Part shown: positions 17,305 to 23,390 of the stretch, in pieces
How positions within the stretch are numbered: the first letter of the stretch is position 1
How the letters are laid out: every line of letters starts with the position of its first letter
IMG/VR virus record: IMGVR_UViG_3300037608_000028
Span: 1-25,733 of that record
DNA: 25,733 bases
Reading direction: 5' to 3' (one strand)
Origin: a virus
Taxonomy: Duplodnaviria > Caudoviricetes
Position numbers and translations under genes: made by a program
The notes under the pieces: model-generated
What the model was told of the DNA's origin: nothing
What the model saw: the letters and a program-made list of their open reading frames with translations, nothing else
Databases searched by the model: none

Positions 17305-19374
17305 CTACATCTCCGAGTTGAGCCGGAGGATCTGTGCAGCGGAGAGGGCACGGCGGAAGAGGGCGGCGGAGTAGAACTGCATATCAGCATACGCCGTCCC
17401 TGAATCCGCGTAGCGCCCGATTCTGAGGGCGTAGGCGTTGGCGAGTGTCGCTGTAGTGCTGTCCGTCGATCCCGCCGACCCCGTACCGTCAACAAACGCC
17501 GCCACGAGCACACCGGCGTTGCGCCGCCCGACAATAACCGCCTCCGCTCCCGCCGTAGGATGGCTTTCGGCATCTTGACCACGATTGGTGCCGTCAGAGG
17601 CCGTGACGCCGACACCTGCGCCTGCGTTGAACGTGACCAGTGAGTATCCAGTAGATGCGGCGGCGGTGCTAACCTGTTTAGCAAACAAAGCCTGAGACAC
17701 GGACACATTCCATGTAGCCTTCCTTGTCCTTAGCACAGCCGTAAAGCTCTCCGTCGCAGCGAAATCCAACCTCGCATGGTCATCCACTTCAATGTAGTCA
17801 TCCACCCCATCGAACACAGCCACGTTCTCCGCGACCACCGTGCTCTTGAGCCCCGTGGCGCTGCGGTTGATCGTCACGGTCTGCCCCGTTACGGCAGTCA
17901 ACCCCGTGTGCGTGGCGTTGTAGGAGGCGTCGGCGGTGAAGTCCACAGTGCAGGCGGGCGTGCCAGCAATCGTCAGAATCCACTGAGCACCACGCGCTAC
18001 TCCAGAGTACGTCGCTAGTGAGGTAGTACGCCCACCGATGTCTAGGGTCTGCGTGCTTGCGTAGATCCCAGCAATGGCGATGGTCTGGTCCGTGCCCAAC
18101 TGCACCCACGTTCCTGCACCCGTAGACGGAGCGTAGTCCGTGCAGGTGAAGAACTGCACCCGCCCGTCCGACGCCCGCCATGTCGCCCTGAACCCATTAG
18201 CCCCGGCTGCGTACGCCGCCCCGGAGTCCACCCCGGCAATCGCGGTACCGTCCACAGACAGCAGCAACGCCAGATAGTTACTGGTATTCAACTCGAAGCG
18301 GACGGCACGATTTCCCGCTGCCCCGTACTTGGAAACGAGAGAGCGCGTCGTACCAGCACCCGCTGGCGTGCCCCCAAACCTGACATCCAGTTCGGTGGTC
18401 GGCCTCAGTCCAGCCACATCTGGCACGGTGCAGCAGTTCGTATCGGTACCGGGATACCACAGATACGAGGTGCCCCCGTGGTACAGCCTCGTGGGCATCG
18501 CAGCCGTGTCTGCGCTCTGGTTCACCGTGACCGTCTGGCCCGTGGAGCAGACGAAGGTGCGCGTGCCCTGGGCCTGGGTCGTGAAGTCCACGGAGAGGGT
18601 GGTGCCGGTGTCGAGAACGAGGCCGGTGCCCATGCGGGCGGCGTAGATGGTGCCGATCATAAACGCAGATGTCCCTACATTGAGCGAACCACACTCCCAC
18701 GCAGCCGTACCAGCGAAGACACTGGTGACGCCAGCGGTCGTTACCGTCGAACCCAACTGCGCCCACGATCCACCCGGCACCCGCCACCAGAACTTCACAT
18801 CATTCCCGACCGCGCCGTTATCTACATCGTGCGTCACCGCAACCTGAACACGAACGGTGTTGGCGACGACCGTTTCTAGTACGGCGGTTGATTCAACGGT
18901 TGCTACAGTGTCAGTGCCGTTGGCAGACCACCGATACTCAAGTTTCCCCTCAGCATCATTGATGCCAAAGCGTGCTGACCTACTTCCAGCTCCACCCCAT
19001 CGGGCCTGAATGATCCTTGGGTTCCCAGTAGCAGACGAGTAATCAGCACAACGAGTGTCACCGAGGTACCACTGATCCCCGATCGGCCTATTGCCTGCAG
19101 CATCCGGCACACTCGCATAGTTCCCGCTGACCCCACCAAGAATCAGCCCCCGGTCCCCATACGTCGTGTCACCGATCAGCGCACGCTTGACCCCACCGTA
19201 CCAGCCGTGGTGGCCGTTGCCGCTGTAGTCGATCAGCACGCCGTTGGTGCTGACCTGCTTTCGCATGGACCACTCACCCACAAGCCCATTACTCCCTGGG
19301 CCGACGACTCTCCCAACACCACCAGCAATCGCATCAATCCCTGTGATGTGGTCAATCGCCGTGATGTAGCCCAT
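17305..19374 (-). CDS. Multi-domain LamG/ConA-like virion fibre or adhesin, 689 aa
   Basis: GLVGEWSM..LIDYSGNGHHG, FDGVDDYIEV, LRIG and RALSAAQI are LamG_3-type motifs; two internal homologous units. Confidence 0.75.
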   Translation of the reverse strand: MGYITAIDHITGIDAIAGGVGRVVGPGSNGLVGEWSMRKQVSTNGVLIDYSGNGHHGWYGGVKRALIGDTTYGDRGLILGGVSGNYASVPDAAGNRPIGDQWYLGDTRCADYSSATGNPRIIQARWGGAGSRSARFGINDAEGKLEYRWSANGTDTVATVESTAVLETVVANTVRVQVAVTHDVDNGAVGNDVKFWWRVPGGSWAQLGSTVTTAGVTSVFAGTAAWECGSLNVGTSAFMIGTIYAARMGTGLVLDTGTTLSVDFTTQAQGTRTFVCSTGQTVTVNQSADTAAMPTRLYHGGTSYLWYPGTDTNCCTVPDVAGLRPTTELDVRFGGTPAGAGTTRSLVSKYGAAGNRAVRFELNTSNYLALLLSVDGTAIAGVDSGAAYAAGANGFRATWRASDGRVQFFTCTDYAPSTGAGTWVQLGTDQTIAIAGIYASTQTLDIGGRTTSLATYSGVARGAQWILTIAGTPACTVDFTADASYNATHTGLTAVTGQTVTINRSATGLKSTVVAENVAVFDGVDDYIEVDDHARLDFAATESFTAVLRTRKATWNVSVSQALFAKQVSTAAASTGYSLVTFNAGAGVGVTASDGTNRGQDAESHPTAGAEAVIVGRRNAGVLVAAFVDGTGSAGSTDSTTATLANAYALRIGRYADSGTAYADMQFYSAALFRRALSAAQILRLNSEM

Positions 19375-19377
19375 GGG

Positions 19378-19701
19378 TCAAAACTCCTCAACGACCTTGA
19401 GCACGAACGCCCGAGCCCCACCCTCTGCTGCACTTGAAAAGACCCGGACCTGATCATACCCCACGCAATCCACGACGACACACCGGGCCGCAGCGATCTG
19501 AATATCCGCCCCGCCGGATGTGAGATACTTCCACGTCACTCCTGCATCCAGGCTCACCTGAACACTCACGACCCCGGTAAGAGCTGCCGGAGCCGCGATA
19601 ACGAGCGATCTGATTGGCTTGTCCCCTACCTCGATAGCTCCTGACGCTGTCCCTCCACTCGCGATGGTCAGCGTTCCAAGCAAAATTGGTTGGTTTCTCA
19701 T
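19378..19701 (-). CDS. Small beta-sandwich virion protein; first gene of the leftward operon
   Basis: 107 aa with TIASG.T.S.AI and VQVS.D.G.TW; in operon register with the LamG gene. Confidence 0.65.
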   Translation of the reverse strand: MRNQPILLGTLTIASGGTASGAIEVGDKPIRSLVIAAPAALTGVVSVQVSLDAGVTWKYLTSGGADIQIAAARCVVVDCVGYDQVRVFSSAAEGGARAFVLKVVEEF

Positions 19702-19829
19702 GACCCCTGCCTAGCCTGATGAAATGGGGACTCGCCTGGGTAGACCGGCACAACCCTAAGCTAAGCCAAAAGGCCTGGGGGCGCAAGGGGCTTCCACATA
19801 TACCCCAGACCTTTAGTCTCGACTAAACT

Positions 19830-19850
19830 GAAATTTACCTAGTAAATTTC
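19830..19850. promoter_or_regulatory. 21-bp palindromic operator-like site, copy 3 (GAAATTTAC-CTA-GTAAATTTC)
   Basis: Perfect 9-bp arms, ~130 bp upstream of the structural operon. Confidence 0.65.
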
Positions 19851-20264
19851 GCTCCCTGTTGCATACCCCATATTGACCCTGGTGAGAAATTTCGGGTTGC
19901 ATTTTGACGAGACCTCATTTCGCCGCCGGGCGAGGCCCATTTTTGGGACCCCCCGGCTCGCCTCGCAGGGCGCGATGCTTGAAGCTTGGACTATCTAGAC
20001 TGCGAGCTATCAAGCTTCAAAGGTACGAGATTCACTGATTGAAGCTAGCAGGGTAGGGAGCCGGGCGAGCCGGATCCACCAGGCCATGTGGACGTTTAGG
20101 CTAGACTAAAGATCCTTTAAGCTCTAAGGGTTCGGGGCCGGTGGACCTTCGGGGTCCCTACGGGATAGGGGTCGCTATGGCAATCTGCGAGCCCGGTCTT
20201 GCACATTGCCATAGTCATGGGGATTAGGCTAGGCTAAACCCATTGTGGCACAACGAGGTCAACC

Positions 20265-20280
20265 TGGCACGGACCTTGCC
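20265..20280 (+). promoter_or_regulatory. Sigma54-type promoter (-24/-12) TGGCACG-GACC-TTGCC
   Basis: GG-N10-GC spacing and near-full consensus, ~150 bp upstream of ORF 20431. Confidence 0.6.
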
Positions 20281-20430
20281 ATAGTGTAGGGTGTTGCTTG
20301 AGAGGTTGCAGGTGGGGGCCGCCGGGGCAACCTGGCGCATGGCCCGATGGGATACCGAAGCTCAACCGGGGTGGCACGGGGCCGACCCCTATTCCGAACA
20401 GGCCCCGAACCTTTGCAAAGGTAGGACAAG

Positions 20431-20904
20431 ATGACCGACCGTTCCCTTCCCATTGGCTTCAGCTTGAAGCCGGTGGAAACCGCTGCCGGTGGCACCGCCT
20501 ACACGGTGGAAGTGCCCCAAGCGGAGAGCCTCGACGCGGTGCTCGCGTACTATGAGAGCATCGGGAAGAACGCAAACGAGGTGCTCCTGGCGATCTGGAA
20601 CAGCGGCAACGAGCAGGGTGCGAAGCAGGGGCAGAAGGAGCAGGTCAGGAAGGCCGGAACGGATGCGACCAAGATCGCGGAAGCCATCGCGGCGCATCAG
20701 GAGACGGCTCGCGGGTTCATTCAGGGGGCCCCGCGCGGTGGTGGTGGTGGCGTGAAGCACGAGTCAGGGTATTCGAAGAAGGATCGTGAGGCGCTCGGGA
20801 ACGCGGTCGCGATGCACATGGCGACGAGCGGCGCGCCTCCGACGACCGAGGAAATGGCGGAGATCTGCGAGTCTCTCGGGATCGATGTCAAGCACCTCGG
20901 CTAG
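20431..20904 (+). CDS. Hypothetical protein, 157 aa; stand-alone transcription unit
   Basis: AGGA upstream, strong GC3 bias, followed by a terminator. Confidence 0.75.
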   Translation: MTDRSLPIGFSLKPVETAAGGTAYTVEVPQAESLDAVLAYYESIGKNANEVLLAIWNSGNEQGAKQGQKEQVRKAGTDATKIAEAIAAHQETARGFIQGAPRGGGGGVKHESGYSKKDREALGNAVAMHMATSGAPPTTEEMAEICESLGIDVKHLG

Positions 20905-20921
20905 GCCAGCAAGGTGAGGGC

Positions 20922-20960
20922 AGGGGGGCCGGGCGCTTTGACAGGCTCGGCCCCCTTTTT
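20922..20960 (+). terminator. Rho-independent terminator
   Basis: GGGGGCCGGGC...GCTCGGCCCCC stem followed by TTTTT, just after the stop at 20904. Confidence 0.8.
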
Positions 20961-20981
20961 CACGTCCAGGGTTTCGGGTTT

Positions 20982-21047
20982 CAAGGTCAAGAGCATAGCA
21001 AGGTCAAGAGCATAGCAGGGTCGAGCAAGGCATAGCATAGTCAAGAG
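20982..21047 (+). repeat. 17-bp tandem repeat CAAGGTCAAGAGCATAG x2 plus degenerate copies
   Basis: Exact copies at 20982-20998 and 20999-21015, then partial copies. Confidence 0.8.
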
Positions 21048-21568
21048 GACTTGGGCGATATCAGGAGAAAAGCGGGTGAAAAACCCAAGTTTACGAGGGG
21101 CGACGAGGGGTTTGGAGGTGACGTCGAGGGGAAACGAGGGGCCAGGGAATCGGGGATTCTCTTACTCTCCCAAGGGTTCCCAGGATATGCATCCTCGCGG
21201 TTTTCGGCCACGAGGGGAGGGGGGTGGGGGGACCCCCTGTCCCAGGTCCTATCATGAAGAATATATATATAGATAATTATATATAATTTGACTCACGTAT
21301 GGGAACCTCAGTTTCGGCGGTCCCATGTAGAGTGACAATAGATAGATGCATATGGGGCAGGGGGACTAGGTGGGGTGCCGGGGGGTCCCCCTCGTGGCGA
21401 TTTTCGGCGCGGATGCATATGCTGGGAAGCGTTGTGCCACAACGGCTATCGGGTACTTTCGGCCTCCCTCGTTTCCCCTCGGGGACGCCACGAGACTCCA
21501 CGAGACCCCTCGTAAACAGGGGATTTTCACCCAAACAGCCCCATTTTCAGGGGAGTTCTCTTGACTAT
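21037..21568. repeat. Long imperfect inverted repeat around an AT-rich core; candidate replication origin
   Basis: Six nested arm pairs read directly from the sequence, flanking TA-repeat DNA at ~21259-21289. Confidence 0.7.
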
Positions 21569-21666
21569 CGGGTGTGGGATTGGATCTATGCAAGAGTTGT
21601 TGCATTTTGCAATAGTAGGCGCTCGGCTCCTCCCTAGATAGCCCTACTGGCGTATACCTATGCATT

Positions 21667-21682
21667 TGGCACGATTTTTGCA
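21667..21682 (+). promoter_or_regulatory. Sigma54-type promoter (-24/-12) TGGCACG-ATTT-TTGCA
   Basis: Full match to YTGGCACGRNNNTTGCW, ~80 bp upstream of the first gene of the rightward operon. Confidence 0.7.
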
Positions 21683-21759
21683 GTATGGGGCTGCGGCATA
21701 TGCGGCGCCGCCCCGCGCCTGTCCTCCCTTTGGCGGCAACCTCCTTGACAGGAGGGACC

Positions 21760-22059
21760 ATGATCAATCTCGATGCGATACTCTCGAAGGAGCAGAAGGA
21801 AGCGTTCGTGACCAAGCTCATTCAGGTCAAGAGCCCAGGGTCGGTGTTCACGCTCAAGGTGGACCGGACGTCGAAGTGGGATTTCATTGTGATGAGGCGG
21901 GGTCAGAGCGCAAGGGTTGTGCTCGGGGCGAGCATCGGGGACCCCAAGCTCCCTCAGCTGGTCAGCGAGATCGCGAGAGCGCTCGGGGACATCAAGGCCC
22001 TGACCTCGGCGGTCGCCATGGGGGAGCGGAAGCCGGTCACGTTGGAGCCGCTCTCATGA
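21760..22059 (+). CDS. Hypothetical protein, 99 aa (MINLDAIL...)
   Basis: AGGAGG upstream of ATG 21760. Confidence 0.7.
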   Translation: MINLDAILSKEQKEAFVTKLIQVKSPGSVFTLKVDRTSKWDFIVMRRGQSARVVLGASIGDPKLPQLVSEIARALGDIKALTSAVAMGERKPVTLEPLS

Positions 22060-22340
22060 CTCAGCTCAGCACGGATCTCAGAGTCCTTGCGGCGGACCTG
22101 GAAGGGATGGATCACTTCTATGGGGCGTCCAGGGACATCAGGACCGCAGTCGAGTTGATCGAGGCATACACTGGTCAGCTCAACTTGCAGGGAACGAAGC
22201 TTGCCGGGCTCCGGGTGATTGAGAACAGGGCCATCACCCTGCTCAACCTCGTCACCCCCATCCCGGACAGCGACAGCGTCTACGTGCCGAAGGTTGCGGT
22301 TCAGGCCCTTCGAGATGCGACGGAGGGGAGAGGGCGATAA
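22056..22340 (+). CDS. Hypothetical protein, 94 aa (MTQLSTDL...)
   Basis: ATGA overlap with the previous gene; C-terminal part of track ORF 21660-22340. Confidence 0.65.
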   Translation: MTQLSTDLRVLAADLEGMDHFYGASRDIRTAVELIEAYTGQLNLQGTKLAGLRVIENRAITLLNLVTPIPDSDSVYVPKVAVQALRDATEGRGR

Positions 22341-22483
22341 TGCTCACCCTCGACGACATCGTGACGTGGGCCATCGTGGTGTTCAATGGGGGATGGGCCA
22401 TCGGGATCGTTGCTTCGATGCTCATCCCTCGTCATCAGTCAAGCATACTCACCCCGCCTAAGCGGCGGAGGGGCGTTTCGTGA
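22340..22483 (+). CDS. Small membrane protein, 47 aa (MLTLDDIVTWAIVVFNGGWAIGIVASMLIP...)
   Basis: Manual translation. TAATG overlap upstream, GTGA overlap downstream, one hydrophobic segment. Confidence 0.55.
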   Translation: MLTLDDIVTWAIVVFNGGWAIGIVASMLIPRHQSSILTPPKRRRGVS

Positions 22484-22740
22484 ACCATCTCAAGGCACAG
22501 GCCATCAGGCTCAAGGCGTTCGTCCGGTCGGGGGAGAGGTTCGGGGTCATCTATCTCGACAAGGAGCCCCTCGTCATCAAGCGGCTCGTGCCGGGGATCG
22601 ACACCGGGGCGGCGGCGCACGGACCCGAGACCTTCAACGTCACGCTCAAAGGCGAGCCCTACGCGACGGAGGTCAACGCCTCGCTGCTCAACGAGCTGGT
22701 GCTCACGCTCGTGCAGCAGGAGCGCCGAGCGCTCTCATGA
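22480..22740 (+). CDS. Hypothetical protein, 86 aa
   Basis: GGAGG upstream of a GTG start; coupled at both ends. Confidence 0.65.
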   Translation: MNHLKAQAIRLKAFVRSGERFGVIYLDKEPLVIKRLVPGIDTGAAAHGPETFNVTLKGEPYATEVNASLLNELVLTLVQQERRALS

Positions 22741-22874
22741 TGTTCAACTTCATCCAGGGACCGGAGCACGAGGACAAGTGGCAGCGCCATCGTCGGACAC
22801 TCGACGACAGAGCGCTCGTGCTCATCATCATCTGCATCATCATCATCACCCTCATCGTGGACCATCTGTCATGA
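22737..22874 (+). CDS. Small membrane protein, 45 aa (MMFNFIQG...LVLIIICIIIITLIV)
   Basis: ATGA overlaps at both ends; C-terminal TM segment. Confidence 0.55.
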   Translation: MMFNFIQGPEHEDKWQRHRRTLDDRALVLIIICIIIITLIVDHLS

Positions 22875-23077
22875 GCCCCAACGCAAGCACAGGACCCAGG
22901 CTCGTCGCGGAGCGGTTCCGCCATCGCCGGTGGGTCAAGCTCACGAACGTCATCGCAGCGATCCGGGAGGGGGTGTTGGTGAGTCCAGAAGCCGCACCCC
23001 CTCGTCACTATGACGAGATCGTGTACGAGCAGGGGACCGGCCATGTGGTCAAGTCCACCCTCCGCCGGGGCGCGTGA
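22871..23077 (+). CDS. Hypothetical protein, 68 aa (MSPNASTG...)
   Basis: ATGA overlap; ends at the fourth palindrome. Confidence 0.55.
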   Translation: MSPNASTGPRLVAERFRHRRWVKLTNVIAAIREGVLVSPEAAPPRHYDEIVYEQGTGHVVKSTLRRGA

Positions 23078-23096
23078 AATTTACCAGGTAAATTTC
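23076..23096. promoter_or_regulatory. 21-bp palindromic operator-like site, copy 4 (GAAATTTAC-CAG-GTAAATTTC)
   Basis: Perfect arms; overlaps a stop codon and fills the only gap in the rightward operon. Confidence 0.65.
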
Positions 23097-23117
23097 GCAG
23101 CCAAAGGAATTGCCGCC

Positions 23118-23390
23118 ATGAAGATCAATCCAGAGAACAACGAGGTCACACTCACCGAGGAGGAGGTCATGGGGATCCTCTTCGCACTCTCGTTCCAGGA
23201 CACCATGATGAAGGTCAGGTTCAGGCTGTTCATGGGCAATGATGAGCTGTATCGGAAGTTCAAGGTCCCCGAGAAGTTCGCGGACTTGACCCACAACATC
23301 ACCCAAGCGCTCGGGAATCACTATCTCGGGGATCCCATGGGCTTCGCAGCCCTGATGAGGCTCGGATCAGAGAAGGCTACGGAGTCATGA
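23118..23390 (+). CDS. Hypothetical protein, 90 aa (MKINPENNE...)
   Basis: AAGGA upstream of ATG 23118; ATGA overlap with the helicase gene. Confidence 0.65.
   Translation: MKINPENNEVTLTEEEVMGILFALSFQDTMMKVRFRLFMGNDELYRKFKVPEKFADLTHNITQALGNHYLGDPMGFAALMRLGSEKATES

Noticed and set aside
17820-19160. Internal repeats in the LamG gene as a possible DGR template/variable pair
   Set aside because: Similarity is protein-level with only short nucleotide matches, differences are not adenine-specific, and no reverse transcriptase is in the window.
19702-20430. tRNA or known ncRNA in the intergenic region
   Set aside because: Hairpins are present but I could not identify a cloverleaf with D and T loops; a covariance-model search would be needed.
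20982-21047. Tandem repeats as a mini CRISPR array
   Set aside because: Repeats are adjacent with no spacers, only 17 bp long, and no cas genes are present.
21561-21590. TTGACT as a sigma70 -35 element
   Set aside because: No convincing -10 hexamer at 16-18 bp, and the sequence is explained as an inverted-repeat arm.
21051-21821. Short ORFs on both strands across the symmetric element
   Set aside because: Gly/Arg/Pro-rich translations of repeat DNA without coding-like bias.
22778-22870. Poly-His N-terminal extension of track ORF 22778-23077
   Set aside because: Alternative-frame reading of the ATC (Ile) run in the membrane gene 22737-22874; the likely start is 22871.
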